Of a DNA stretch of 64,000 nt, positions 23,881 to 38,400 are shown piece by piece. How positions within the stretch are numbered: the stretch's first letter is position 1; the number at the start of each line of letters is the position of its first letter. The position numbers were made by a program, and so were the translations under genes. The notes beneath the pieces are model-generated. The model was not told the DNA's origin. It worked only from the letters and a program-made list of their open reading frames with translations, and did not search any database. Where the stretch lies: assembly GCA_029953675.1 (NCBI GenBank), contig JAMWBK010000012.1, positions 868,001 to 932,000 on the forward strand, given 5' to 3'. This stretch comes from Rhodosorus marinus CCMP1338. Taxonomy: Eukaryota; Plantae; Rhodophyta.

Positions 23881-26682
23881 ACTTGCTTATACCTGCCCCA
23901 ACCACAAATAGAATATCAAACAAAAAAACCTACAGACCACCACTTCAATCACAGCCAAAATATTAAACAATCCTTCTGTCTCACCAGGCCACCCTCTCAA
24001 CCCTCCCCTCCCCCCCCACACTATTCTCCGCAAACACCACCTCACTATGTATACACAACCAGACTCTAATTCATATCTCAACGGCTCGGCACGATCCCAC
24101 CACAAGAAACCCAGCAAAATAAATAACTAAACATTTTATGTTCTGTTCAATCAACGTCAGACTCAAATTGTCGTAGAAAATATACATCATGGAATAAAAT
24201 TTACAATAAAAAGGTCGTTTCTGTTGTGTTTTGTATATATTTTGTGGACCAGAGGTTGGATTCCTGTAAGCGAATGTTACGGCCGAAGGGGAGATTCCTA
24301 GAAAACGGGGAGCGGGGAAGGAGTTGCACTGTTCCTGGAGGGGGTTGGTATATTTTTCGCTCTAGAATTAACAACAATTTAGAGTTTTCTGACGTTATCT
24401 TTCAGTAAGTCAAACGTTTTGATTTTCTCCATCTCCCCCACCCCTCCCCGCCCTCTCCGCCCTCGAGTAAATCATAGGAAGTGGCCTTAGAGTGTCTCAA
24501 ATTCAGAGTGAAATTCAACTGCTGAAAAACAACCCCGCGATCACCGGAAGGTGCCATCCATACACAGTAAGAACGAATACCACTCCCCCCCTTTTAAAGT
24601 AGTGGTCGGTTGAATCAAAACAAGATATTTGATTGTTTTTAATACATCCATATTTAGTGAAGAAACTGACCCACCCCTTCCATAGGGTTAGAGCGTCAGA
24701 GTCGAAAAGAGCAGCTGAGTCAAGCCCCACAAATTCCGGTGAATTCGGATGCGCCAACAGTTCGTTGAGTCAATCACCATATAATTGTAAATTGGAATTA
24801 TCTTCCATTTAGCAATCAGTTTATGAAATTTTGACTGAGGGAAGACACCAGGAAATAACTTCCATGAATTCGCCCGAAATAATTCAAAATTTTATTGCAC
24901 AAAGAAATTTTTTGGTACTGCGTTTACCCCCCCTGAGAAGGAGTGAATATTATTGATGGGTGAATTCGTGGGGTGATTAAGTACCCCTAAAATTCTACCT
25001 GCCCAAGGAAAAAGTGCTTTTAATCGTTTCTCGCCCGATAAATAGAGAACGTACAACTTCCTCAATACCCCTCAAATTGACCGAGTACAATCTCAAGAAT
25101 TCTGTTGATGAGCTTGCTGACCCCCCCCGGTTGTCCTACCCGAACAAAAGGCCAAGCTCGTGCAATACAGTTTGACAACATACAATCAATTTTCATCAAT
25201 ATATGAAAACAATTAGGAACTTTGCCCAAGAAGAGCAATCAATTTTCGAAAATTCAATCACTACAAAAGTGTAAGCCGAACTCACGCCGTTGTGGTAGAA
25301 TTTGTGAGGTAGAGTTCTAACAGAATTTGCAAAAGGAGGACAGGCTGTTTTTTCATCGAGTTCATAGTTGGCAAGATCCAGGATAGGGGGGGGTTGCTTT
25401 GGTCTCTCTGCGATGCTAAGAGGACAAGATATATAGTTTTGTTAATAGTTTTGAAGCAATGCCCCTTGCAGGGTTGTCGGATTGTGATCACCAAGGGGGG
25501 TGGGTGGAGAGGGAGTATGGTTTCGCTGTATAATTTTTTTTTTTCGGTGTCAGCGAATTCTCCAGGAATTCTCTCCGGAAACGCAGAAAAGGGCCGCCTC
25601 CTGTTCAGTAGGTGTTTCTTTAATTTCATTTGTTTTTAGTTTTGTGGATTGTGGATGAGCTTATGGAGTGTATGTCTTGAAGTTTTGAAACATTTCGATG
25701 GTTGGCTAGTACCGCGAGCAAACGTCCCGACACTGTGACTATATAAGGAGCTTGCTTGCGGAGAGGGTCGTGGCGGCGGGGGAAGGCTTTGGCCCTGCGC
25801 TCGATAGCTTCATATACGCGGCCGACGACAGGGGAAACTGTTGTCTGTATGTTGTCTGTCAACAGCGTCATAATCATATGACGTATAGCCCACCCCCTGG
25901 CTGTGGCCTGGGTCATCCCTCCGTTGTTTTGTTTTGGAATTCAGTCAATTCGTTTGTATTTTTAAACATTCTGCCGTCCGCCGATCGAGAGCGGAATAAT
26001 TTTCCCCAAATTTAGACGATCGCTGTGCTGGAACTCGCTGACACAAGGCGCTCCATACTGCTAACCGCACTCGGTTATTCGCCTCTAGCACTGTCTGGCG
26101 GCGTGTTGGGCGGCAAAAAACGAGCCATCCACGTCCTCTGCCAAATTTTTGGGCACTCGTAACCCGGGTTTCCACTTGCAAACGTCGAACCTACTGAGTT
26201 TGGCTCGAGAACACCCCGAAATAGCAGTGGTCCTCATTCCTCAAATGTCATCAACACAGTACATACTTTAGTGCTGTTGGTCATGGACTGCCTCTGAGTT
26301 GGACCCCCGATGACCAGCTGTCGGTCTATAAACACCGTCGAAGCACTGCGATGCATCGTTTTCCCTTCTGCAGAATGACTAGTCACATCTTGGCTGGAAA
26401 CGGTCATAGATCTGTTTGAGGCTCGAACTCTAGCACTCCTATGCCGTTCCTACAACGTCGCGGCGGTCAAGCGATGGTAATTGAAACGGTACCCCGACAA
26501 GAGGGCTGAAAGGGGACACGTTCTCCTCTTAAAATATACAAATGCAATTCTCCATTCTCAGCAACAAAAGCCTCGGCTTCTCGCTTCTGTACAAAACCTC
26601 ATTTCCACTCTATTCCTGTCCTCAACCAGCGTCGCTTGCGCACCTCGCCCGTCCAACCTCCCCCTCCCTTTAGAGCAACCTC

Positions 26683-29600
26683 CTAAATCCTCTCCTGAAG
26701 CTGCTTCAGTATTGAAGGCGACGCGGTGGCTACGACCGCATCGAATCCGGCTGGATTTCTGTTCCGTATCTCGTTCAGTCCGGTTCGGCATACCTGAAGC
26801 CGTAGACCGCGTACTTAGCAACCATCTCACCCTTGGAGCAATTTCTTGTACCGAACCTTACCTCGGCAAAATTAAGGTTCGCAGCAAAGTCGTTGTCATG
26901 GATGCTCTGCAGTCGCTGCTGATAGAGCGTTGGTTTCCTCGGACTGTGCATTTCCTTGACCGGCTGCTCGTCGTGGTCAGTAAGCCCAATGAAAGTCACG
27001 AGGTGACCTGCTGGCGCCGTTTCCGGGTGCTGATCTGGTTCCTTCTCCTCGTCCAATTCCGCTAGTACTTGGACGAGAACGTTGAGCATCTGCAAGCAAG
27101 AGAGCGTTGGTCCTTGTGAGTCGTGTCCATACCGGGAAAGAACAAGCCCGGGGCCGGTCCTCACCATTGGAAGCTCTAGTAGCAGCTCCTCGTTTTCATT
27201 GTTCCTCGCCATGATCGCACATAGCGCCATTCCGGCGAGCTTTTTTCGCAGCGTGCCCCAGTGCATATCGGTCTATCAAACGGGTGATCTTCCAGTCAGG
27301 ACCCCCAACCAGCCCTAAGTAGCTCCCACGGCACTTGAAAGCGCTCACCTTGTCTATGAGGTCGCGAACAACGAACAGCATCCGCTCTCTGGCGACGGCC
27401 GGGTTGGCCTCATGTCCTCGTTGGGTTTTGATGAGCATCTCAAACGCGTCGTAGTCCTGTACGACGACTCTCGCAATGAGGTTGTCGTGGTTTTTTGAGA
27501 CCAGCGTGCTCTCCTTGTTCGCCATCATGAGGTCGACCATGGTTGAGAATACTGGCACAAGCAGCTTCGAGACCTAGCGGTCACGGGGAGGGACGGAGCT
27601 CCAGTGAGTTGGGGGTTGAGGCCACATTTAACACGTGGCCAAGGCATTAGCGTTTGGACCAACCTCCTGGGGAAAGAGCTGCAAGAGGACTTCTATTGCT
27701 TCTGATGCAGCAACCGCTCCCCGATCGCGAACGTTCCCAGTGATGGCCAGGAAGATATCCAAAACGCTCTGACCTAAGAGCACACCTCGCACGCGGTTTG
27801 ATCAGTTGCCGCCTCAGGTACCGGCACTGTTCAAATTGCGATCTTACCGTGAGTCCGCATGAACGCTGCTCCGCCGACGACCGAGTAGGCGACGATGATG
27901 TCCAAGGCAACCTTGAGGTTGTCAAAATCCCGTCGAAGAATCCCAACCAGGTTGGGAAAGAGCCTCGACATGTCCTCTACGTACTCCTCCAGCTCGTGCA
28001 GCAGGACAAGCCACAAGTCCATCGCTGTTGAAAAGAAGCACGTCTCAGAGATCCGCGTAGAACAACCCGTGTTTTGTGCGATTTGCAAACCATCTTCGGT
28101 GAGGTAAACGCCACCTCCACCCTCCGCTAGCGTTCCAAAGTAGATCACCGGATAGGATAGCTTCGCAATGTCGGGATCCTTGACGGCGTTGGGTCCCACG
28201 ACTTCGATAACCCTGGTGACAAGTAGCATCACGATTAGCGATGGTCGTCATCTCCTCTTTGATGCGGGTGGCTCCAAAATACTTTTTGAGAAGAGAAACG
28301 ATTGATGACCGAATGAGGTTTTTCGATCCAAGGTCGTCACTCCTGTAGACGGAAAGCGGGGGTTCGGCCTGGCTGAGAATCTCGCAAGGGGCGTTCCTGA
28401 AGTCTCGCCTCTTTCCGTCTTCCGCTTACCTGGATTGTTTTGTTACACCAGAATCCCACAGGATCATGAGCTCCTTGGCCATCCTTCCCAAGTGGGGTTG
28501 GATGATCTCCGGCTCAGTTTTCTCGATCAGACTGGTAGCATACTGGAGCAGCAACGAGAGCGATTCTGTCTCTTCCGTCGCTGAGCTCAGCTGAAAAATA
28601 CCGGAGATCGAGTCCAGAAAGAATGGCGCATAGTCGTTTCCATCAAAGTCTGGACGATCGAAAACAAGAACTCGTTACCTTCCTGCAGCGTCTCGAGAGA
28701 GAATCGCATCAGCGGCATACCTAGATCTTCAACAAGGGCGTTGAGTGCACCCACAGTAGTCAGCCTTATAACGAGGTCACCGCGATCCCCCAGCAACGGT
28801 ACCAGGTCGCCATAAACAATCACGCGCACATCTCTGGGGATCTGGGACACGAACTGCCCGATGAGCCACGTCGCTCGAGCCTTGGCGACTTTGCCTCTCA
28901 TGTCCTAGTCAGAGTTTTGATCCAAAGCCTTCTGAGACCGCAATCCGAACTTAAACGCCGGGAGAGTACCAACTACCTCGGAGATGGGAGCCTTCAGTTG
29001 AGGCTCAAGTTGACCTTGAAACCAAACCGCAAAGTTGAGCGTCGTCGTAAACTCGTAGCAGCCTCTGCCGATCGCTCGATAACACGCATCTCGGAGGAGC
29101 AGTTCAGAATCTGGGACGCTCTCGGTGAGTCCCAGGACGGTTCCTACAAGTAGGTCTCTGCACAGGGAACAAGAGCAACCACCTTGAGCAACATTGGGAG
29201 CGGGATGGTCTGTTAGCAAGCTCCCGATCCGCTCGTTTCGTACCGATGTCTAGACAACAGCGAGACGTACAGAGCTTCAGCTATCGGTCGTAGTTTGTCG
29301 CTATTCCAGTCCGCCGCTTCTTCATCTCGAATGAAGCCTGTGCGCGAGACGATCCAAGTGCCCAGATTGAGATCGGAAGGTTTCAAAGCGAGGTCAGCCT
29401 GATCTGATCCCGGTGGAGCTTTTCAGCTTACCTTCTGGATCATCTTCCCAGGACTGGAGCTCGCTCTCAGTAAGGACGAAGATTCTAGCGATGAGTTCCT
29501 GCGGGAAAAATAGATTCAGCAACCAGAGCAATCTCAAACGATATACTGTCCTTGGTAATTGTCCTTGGTCCAGTCCTACCTGTATGAGATTCACGCAGGT

Positions 29601-31156
29601 CTGGGTCGAGAAGAAGGATTCGACAATGCTACCAGCAGCTGTTGCTGGCGTTACTTCTGTATCGTCTCCGTTCGATCCCTACCGAGACGAAAACCCCAAG
29701 CGCGTGAGGGAGAAAAGTGGAGGCGTTTCAAGAAGATTGACGGCTTGGATTGCTTACAATGGGTCTTCGGTATGTTGGACACTGAGCGACGTTCTTAACA
29801 AAGACACAGCCAAGTGCTTCAGCTTTTTCCTGTTTGTTTGAGTGCAGGAGCGAAGGTGGAGAGCTCAGCCGTGGCCCGCCTAGTTGGTCGTATCGTTGAA
29901 GCAGGTTTCAGGTCAAACGCACCGATGAACGTCCCGGATCGTACTTCATCAGAAGTGACGTATAAACTTCCAGAAACGGCTGGAGGTATTCTCGGAACCC
30001 CGTTGGGTGTCTGTTTTGCGCCTCGATGACGCTCTTCGCAGCAAGCTTAGACAGAGCCTGGTCAATAATGTGGGCAAAAATTCAGTTAGTCCCTCCACTG
30101 ACTCCCAGCTGCCGTTTCCCGTAGGAGAGCCTTACCATCTCCTCATCAGATCCCCCTTGAGCTCCACGTAGGAAGATATCTGGGAGCTCCAGAATCCTAT
30201 TCAAGAAGGTGCTTCAGCTATAGACTGGGCGGGGAGCGCAGTTGGGAGATCCCTTCTTGCCTACCTGGTGAAGTACCTTCGAGCGAATTCGTTTCCTTCT
30301 ACACTAGGAAGCGCGTGGGCGAGGATCTGTCTGATTGATTTCATCACCAACTTTGCTGTGTGAAGTGATCGGGGCCAGTTGCTGCCTCCCGTCACGATGT
30401 CGCCGACGTTCATCTCCCAGATGGGAAGCAGGCAGCCAAGCAGCTCTGGTGCCATGGCTTCGTACATCTTACGGTCTTTTGAGAGCCGTCGCGTCGAGAA
30501 TTCCTTCAGGATAATGTGAAGCGTCTCCAGCGCGTGATCCGCGATCTTCAGATCCAGTTGTTTTTTGTTGGTGTTAGTGAGCTGGATTGCGAGTTCGGAG
30601 GTCAGAAAGAGCGCTGAGCATGAACTTCTACTTACCCTCTTCTGTTCATCGGTAGCCGTCGTACCGATAACCGTCATCAGCGTAGGTACAAGATCCTTCC
30701 ATTCTTCTGGACAGTTGAGTCTTGCGATACGTCCTATGGCAACTGAGACTTGAGTTGCCAGCTGTTCGAGAGGGAGCAGGGAGGATGAAGGTAAGGTGGA
30801 GGATTCTGTGTGAGATTTTGGTGGAGGAGTTCGTCTACCATCTGATGAGAAACTCCGACCATCCCAAGGAGGGTTTTTCGTACAAAAATTCGCTCATCTT
30901 CTGTTAAAGCGCTGTTATTTCTCTTCCTCCACGACCTCGGAACCGCATTCTTTATACAAACCACCGCCAACCACTTCACGTCAGCCCCGACCTCGCTCCC
31001 AGCACTTCCCACCTCCGCCAACGACGCATAAAACCCACTCCGAGTCTCCAGCCCAAGGATCTTCTCCTCAGCACGGGCCCTTTCATCCTCACTCCCACTC
31101 AATGCATGAACAAGCACATCGTACATAAACTCTCCACCCAATTCCCTTCCAGACAT
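26683..31156 (-). CDS. IPO11: Importin-11 (Kap120)-like importin-beta family protein, many exons
   Basis: Importin-beta N-terminus (AEEKILGLETRSGFYASL...VKWLAVVCIKNAVPRSWRKR); HEAT-type exons (LLRDACYRAIG, ARATWLIGQF, RKKLAGMALC); last exon ...ILKQLQERI*. Confidence 0.8.
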
Positions 31157-32699
31157 CTCATCCAGATTCAACCTCCCCTCCCCCACCCCTACCACCACTC
31201 TCAACAACTCACCGTTCCCCCATCGCCTAATCCACCAAAAACCCACCACTACAACAACATAAAAAGTACACAAAAAAAAACACCCTAAGCTTCACCTTCT
31301 TCACTCCTCACAGAAAGCATAACAGATCCTTCTCTACCCAAAAACTTCTTCTCACCTCATCCGTCCGTCCGCTTTGCGAAGCAAAGCGACTAACTCGATC
31401 GTCCTCACTGGCATGAAGCAGCAATAAGGAAAAAAGAGCCGTCAACGGACAAACTGAGGTTCCCACCCCGTCCTGTCCCATTTGTCCCATTTTTTTTTTG
31501 GTTTTGGGAGCGGTGGGAGTAGGGAGGGGAAGGCAGGTGTGGTGGGACAGCTAATGTTGATGGGAGTATGCTGAGGTTTTCTTTTTTTTGGATTCGCGGT
31601 GGAGCTCTTAAGAAGGAAGTGCAATAACACGACCCGCCTTCATGCTCACGGATTGTGAAAAGTCCGTGGAAGCCCCTCTCCTCCCCCGGCTGCTCGAAAC
31701 GGAGATAAGGGATATTAGTAAACCCATCGGGTTTTAGTAGAGTAGTATACGATGAGGGCGATGACTCATCTAACCGTTCGGGACTCGGCGTTGTCTCATC
31801 GGTTTGTACCGCTGATCTATGAAGATCCAAGAGAAACACGCTAACGACCATAGTATGAATCACCATGGATTACGTAACGAAAGATCTGCGTTTGTTCGAA
31901 GCAAGATCTTCCACCCAGAGAGTAGCGGGCTGAAAGCGGTCACCGGGAAGAAAAAGAGCAAGGAAGGAAAGGATGGAATACAATTAAAAAGTAGGTTTGG
32001 GTTATGATAGTGGGTTTTCATCCCTGCGAGCTGATTTGGACTACCTTTGGCATAGAGTCAGTGGGCTTCACCCCCCCGCGATCTTTGTCATTGGAGATCT
32101 TTTGGAGGGGTTATACTTTGTGCAGAGAGCTTTGTAGGAGACTTGACATTTACATTGATCAATGAGATTACATCTCCTGATTAGTTGTGGTGACTAGTAT
32201 TGGGAATGAGTGGCTGAGGGGTAGATTCAGGGTAAGGGCGGAACGAGCTGCGAGAGCGCCAAGTTCCGTTGGCAGCGAGGAGACATGGCGGGATAGGCTG
32301 CCAGACATGCCACCGGATGCATCAAGGGAGATACTCGAACCCCAAGATGCGATGGTTTTGATTGGAAATGGACTAAAGGATGAAGTAGTTTCATTTTATG
32401 ACCAAGAGGAAGCGCTGGAGTTGGAACGATAGACGGCAATTGTTTTCCGCGCAGTTCTTAGAATCCAGACGCCTAGCAGTCTACCAGCAGCCCGGATTGA
32501 AAAAGTCCAGAGAAGCTTGTTCTCCTTCTGGGGAGACTTGCTGGCATTCATCACGTAGAGACCCAAGATAAATCCATCCCGCCTAAGTGCGGCCAGGGAG
32601 AATCCGAAGAGGGTAGTGGACAATGAGGTTAACCAAGAGAGAGATATTGACTGGGGGTCGCCGCACTCCGTGCGGTCACGTCCGACAAGCTCAGTCTCC

Positions 32700-33010
32700 A
32701 GACCCAGGTTATCAAGAGTTGGTGACATTTTGAAAGATGCTCAAAGCAGAAGACGTCCACTGCGGACGACCTGATGAAGTTTGGATTGTAAAGTTTGGTA
32801 ACTTCGAGGAGCTTTGTGACAGGATTGCGTACACGGAAGAGCAACGGGCCAGCGTCTTTTCGTTTTTCCTGGGGGGCGAAGCCAAGCTGTTTTTGAAGAT
32901 GACAGAGGCGAAGCGCTTCTTGGTATTTTGCTCCATGCTCAGCGAGCTCCCTTGGGCGCTGAAGTTCGTGGGTATCTCCTCCTTGCCGGAGGTGGCCTGT
33001 GAGGACTAAG
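32700..33010 (+). mobile_element. Possible decayed LTR-retrotransposon Gag remnant
   Basis: WIVKFGNFEELCDRIAYTEEQRASVFSFFLGGEAKLF resembles the Gag capsid pattern (W..F...C......Q+......L.G+A..F). It is isolated between stops. Confidence 0.35.
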
Positions 33011-33850
33011 GCCCTCGGGGAGAGCAAGCTTCACGCGAAGACGGTCACGTGTAGGTAGACCATCATGCAGCTGAAGATGCCCTTGTGGACTGTGGACTAT
33101 GCGATCCCTTCAGTTATGCTCCTTCGAATCCGAACTGGTTTTGGTTGATGCCCCACAGTGAACAACTCCAGTCCGGGGATCTACCTCCTTGGTTCCACTT
33201 TCCTGCATGACAGGGACCGACGGGGGTCTAGTTCCATCTCTCGTAAAATTTTGCGTTATCGTACTATGACGGTTGTGGATGGGCTTGGTAGAGGAAAGCG
33301 ATGGCAATAAGTCGATTGTCATGCAAATCCTGGTACCCTCCAATCCACAAATACTCAAAACCGGCAGGAGTCCATTCGACACTTGGAAAACGGCGCGACG
33401 ACGAACGTGCATTTTGTGGGTGGAGGCGCGGTGAGGGTCTTAGAATCGTTAGCGAGTGTCTCTAGAGCGACGGACAAATTCACCTCTCCAATTTGTTCAA
33501 AATGGGCACTTCTTGAGAACAAAACTCTGTACACTTGTTGGGACGACATGACATCGCTTCCGACCTCCAGAAAGATCTCTGGTATGGAAACAGCTTAGGG
33601 CTGTGCATCAGCAGCAAGCCCTACAACTTCCAGGAGGGGTCCTAATAGCTCGTTAAGCGCATTCTACCAGTTATCCACGCTCCGAATAGTCATCAGCTGT
33701 CCGGTTTCCATCCAGATCCCGCCGATGGAGACGGACTGCGGAGACAACACTCCATCACTCGCGGGAGAGTGGAGACAGGCGCACAACCATCTAGATCTCC
33801 GTAGGCAATGGCGCTAACTGATCGTCATCTCTCACTCCGGAGGATCTGCC

Positions 33851-35627
33851 TCACTTCAAAAACTCCTCTGCGTACTTGAAATAGGCTCTCAGGCGGTTCG
33901 TTCCAAACCTATTCAGACGAGACATTCACATTCACAAAGATCTCAGGTCTTCAGAGCCGGGTTCTAGACACACCTGGTGCTTGCTCTACGTACAGGGCGT
34001 AGTCAAACTCCAGAGTGGAGGAGACGGACTGACATAGTCCCCAAAGTCCCCAATGAAGATGAGAAACCTGTACAGCAAAAAGAGGATCGGTGACGGGGTG
34101 CGTGAGCAACACTCCTTCACTCGCGAGAAACTGGATACGGCTGTGCAGCCATCTCCATCCGAGATGGAGTGAGGGTGCAGTAGCACTCCTCCAATAGCGC
34201 GGAGATTCAGGGCAAACTCTGAGAGTCTGAAGCAATACTGATAATTGAGATAGTGTTAGATCCCGTACCAGAGAGTAAAAGTTAACCTCATCGACAAGCT
34301 CAGCGACCTGATCGTCGTCAGGCTCTACACTCAGCAAGGTTCTCAGGTATGCTTGGCAGAATTGGTACCGTTGGTTTGCATTGGGATAGCTCGCTAGATG
34401 CACAATACTGTCCTCCGTCCCTCCCATCCACTCCGCGAGGTGGTTGCCAACTGCGAGATAACAACAGCTCAAGTTCAGATGTTGACGAAGGGGGCCCAAT
34501 TTTACGCTCATCTGAAGCCGTATCTACCGAGAGACGGCCCAGGACATCATCAAACATCTCCATCGGAGATGCAGGGTGTGTGCAGACAAAACCCGGCACT
34601 CTCGAAGAGGACGGATAGCAGCTCCCCGCCATCACCATCTCCTCCGGACGGTGCTGCGTGATCGATCTCGCAACAACTCGACTGTTCAGAACAGCTTTAG
34701 GATGGGGGCCAGCGCTTGTCGAGACTGGCCAAGCTGAAAAGCAGATCAATACTTACGGTCGAGTCCTCTTGGGTTGAAAGATCCATACTCAAAGTCGATG
34801 AAATGGATCTGTTGCTTGTCACTATCCCACAGGATGTTGGCGGCGAGGAGGTCGTTGTGGCAGAACACAACCTGAGAGTTGGCGTACTTTTGCGTTGCCA
34901 TTTGCTTCGCGTCTCTTAGGCTCGTCTCCAGCTGTTTCTTGTCGAAGGGAAAGGACGGTATCTCCGGGATAATCTTCAACGACTCCTTCAACCATTCGTC
35001 GAGAAGCGACCACACCGTGGGTTCGGGAACCTCGTCCTCCCCTCGCAGGTCGACGAGATGCAATCGAGCTAGTTCTTCAGCAATCCGCTCCGAGATGATC
35101 TGCTCGTGAATATCTGTGAAATTAATACAGAGGAAATCAGAGTTGAGGAGCTTCAGCCGCCGAAAGAATCCAGAGGGTGGGCTCACCAGTTCTGGTAAGC
35201 GTCCTTCCCGGAAGGAACATTTCAACACGTCCATTTCCGAAATCGACCAGAAATTCCGGAGCAACTTTAAGCTCTGATAACTTTCGATAAATACTATTCT
35301 CCGTCGCTCTATCTACACTCGCTCCGGATCCAAAAACCCTCACCGCGACTCGAGCTGGCTTAACTCCGTCGACGCTCGCCTCTGCGCTCCACATGACGTT
35401 GGTTATCCCACCGGGAAGCTGACTTATCCTGATTTCAGAGTCTTCCAGCTGCTTCCATCCTTGCAATCCTTCTCTGCAGACCTTCCTGCAGCATTCCGAA
35501 GAGCGCGAATCAATGCTTTCGGCCGACAGGCAAGCAAAACATGAAAGCAAAAAACACACCAAAAAAGGGGGGAAACTCACCTAATATCGTTGTCTTCTAC
35601 AACTGATACATCGAGGCTTTTAACCAT
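33851..35627 (-). CDS. Choline/ethanolamine kinase, multi-exon
   Basis: LPGGITN, VAVRVFG, FGNGRVEMF, Brenner motif FCHNDLLAANIL, IDFEYG, SHLHWGLWGL...FDYAL|FGTNRLRAY. Confidence 0.9.
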
Positions 35628-36424
35628 ATCTAAATCCTTATAATTGACCCCCTAAAACCACGATCGAAACTACTACCAGAACGCCAAAGCTCTGATAGCT
35701 ACTCACCCGCCCCACGACCATTGCCTCAACTTACAATCCCGAAAAGCTTTTCCATGTCACTATATCATGAAAAACAAGAGTATTTCATTTTAAATCCATC
35801 CATTTTCGATCATTTGGTATTGTAAATGTCACTATATTGTGTAAAAATAGATATTTCTAATTTTAGGGTTTGGGGTGAGCAAGGCCGAAGGCTTTGTCCA
35901 TTTCGGTCTGTTAGTTGGAAGAAGAGGTCCGTGAGGACTAGGACAGCGAAGGCGGATGAATTTCTGGCTGCCATCTCCAATGGAGAGGGTAGAAAGAACA
36001 GGATGCCAGCTGCTGCTGGAGCTGGTCCAACGCAGCATACGAAATCCGACGGGGCGGCCGAATGAACGGGTGCCGGTTCCTATGGGCAGCTTCTTTCCCT
36101 TCTCGATGTATGGAGCATGAGCATTTGTCGTTGCAGGTTGAGGTTAAGGTGCCTCTTCGACATCGGCACTACTACCTCCAGCGAAGTAAGATTATCGTTT
36201 TTCCATGATATGATCATAGAGGTTTGACATACAGATTCACTCTTTGGGGAAAAAAATGAGCGTTTCGTTTTTACATTAGAATACGGGCTTTTCTACACCT
36301 GCAGGCGTAGCTTTTGTTAAGCAAACTGCTGCTGGAGCTCCCGAGCAAGGCCAGAGAAGCTGCTTAGAAGCTTCTCTGAGCTTTCATTGGCACAGCTTCA
36401 GCTTTATTGTCCTCGTAATGTTCG

Positions 36425-37367
36425 TCACTTTTGGCCATCAGCCACTCCAACCTTTTCTTCTTCGCCAGAGGGAAGAAGCTGGAGTTCCTCATCGGCGGAC
36501 ATTTCAACGTTGGAATCTTCTTCGTTGGTTCTGTAGACCTGGGAGATGTCTTCCGGCGATGAGATCGTGACTCCTAGATCCTGAACGATGCCGTTGTTAA
36601 GGCGGTAAATCCATCCGTGAACGGAGAGCGGCTGGTTCCTTGCCCATGCTGACTGAACTATGGTTGTATGGCAGACGTTCTTCACGGACTCAATAACGTT
36701 CAGCTCGCACAGCAGGTCGAGCTTCTTCTTCTCGGACAGAGGAAACAATTTCTTGTTCAGAACGTTGAAGTGCTTGTGGTGTACATCTCGGACGTGACGA
36801 AGCCAGTTGTCAATCAGTCCGAGCTGCTGATCCTCCAGGGCGGCTGCCACACCACCACACCCATAGTGTCCACATACAATGATGTGCTGAACCTACGCTG
36901 GACCCGAAAGCGTCGGCATCAGAGACTTTTTAAGTCTTTCTGAGATATCGAGAAGCTCTCCATCTCTAATCCGACAACCTACCCCGCTTCTGAAGAGGTG
37001 GTTTCCGAGGGTTGAGTGGGTAGAAGCTCACCTTTAGCATCTGTACGGCATACTGCATGACTGAGAGGCAGTTAAAGTCTGAATGCGCGACGACGTTTGC
37101 GATATTTCGGTGGACGAAGACGGCGCCTGGTGGCAAATCGACGACCTGGTTTGCGGGGACTCTGGAATCCGAGCATCCGATCCAAAGGTACTTTGGCTGC
37201 TGCATTTTCTCCAGGTTGGAAAAAAACTCGGGGTCGGCATTGGTCATCTTCCTCGACCAGTTCGCATTGTTCTGCATCAGCTCGCTCAGAGGATGATCCA
37301 GGCGCGAGTCATTTTTCGGCCGACCAAAAAGCCGCGATCGAAATCCAAACAAACGACGAATAGGCAT
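36425..37367 (-). CDS. Beta-class carbonic anhydrase (2 exons)
   Basis: [28 protein letters not shown]|[33 protein letters not shown]; Arg-rich N-terminus. Confidence 0.95.
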
Positions 37368-37719
37368 CCAAAAAATGAGCTACCAAAACCCAAGACAACA
37401 CAGTAAAACCCACGAAACCCCACAAAATACAAACCTATCCCCTTCTCTTAAAGCAAAACCACGTCCAAACACCACCGTCTTCCCAGACAAAAACCTTTGT
37501 CCACATAAAACAGAAACAGGTGATAAAATTTTGCTGTTCAGTTCTCAAAAATTCAGCTCTCAAAGGCCTCAACGTATCCGTCTCCAAGCTCCGTTCGAAG
37601 CGGTCATTTCCCTCCTGCCCACCACCGCGTTGCTACTCTTTCCAATCCAAAACGTCATCGCCCACTTGGCAACTACTTTTTTTTTTTGCAATCGATTTTT
37701 GGTGTTATTGTATCCTAGA

Positions 37720-38400
37720 TGATTCCCATCATTTCTCATTCGATAGAAAGTGTTTCAGACTTGAGTGGTTGGAAGCGTTTAAGTGGGCTAGACGCTGTTC
37801 CCGACTAGACGATGCAGCAGTTGCGGACCTTTTTACCTGCTTTTCTACCTTTCCTAGCGTTTGTTCTGCCTCGTACACTTCGTCAGGAAAAGTTTTGCCC
37901 TCGTCTGGTGGTACTAATACTGATCCCACTGCTTTCAGACCGGAAGCTCAGGCATAGCGTTTCAGTTTCCGTGCTATCGACCGTGAACTGTTCCAGGAGC
38001 GATACCTTTAGCTTACCAACCCAGTCAACTGCTCTGCGGCAAGTCGCAATGCAAGCCCTTTCTATGGCCTGGTTTTAGCCGTATTCTAGATTATTTCTTT
38101 CAGATCTCATTCGTTGGGATGGTGTTTCAGTTTTGAGATTGGATGATGGGGAGGGCTTGTGGCTCGAAGCAGTCTCCACCTGCCTCTTGACTAGACGATG
38201 CGGGATTTCAGACCTCTACCCTGCTCTGGAAGCCAACCGCTTCCAACCATGTATCGATGGGTGTTATCTTATTCTAGATTGTTTCGACCCGATCTCATTT
38301 GTCTGAATGTGTTTCAGACTTGACGTCTGGGGGGATGGACTGCAAGCTGGAGATGGCCCTGAGGTTCCCTCTCCTTCTCGAAAAGAAAGATGCAGCATTC
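37720..38400. repeat. Three diverged direct repeats in an intergenic region
   Basis: TAGAT...TCTCATT...GTGTTTCAG(A/T)...(CTAG)ACGATGC/AGATGC recurs at about 37720, 38085 and 38272. Confidence 0.55.

Noticed and set aside
24700-25630. Possible decayed L1/Tx1-type RT on the minus strand (IEFSKIDCSSW resembling LDFSKAYD..W)
   Set aside because: Similarity is too weak and no YADD or QG motif is recoverable.
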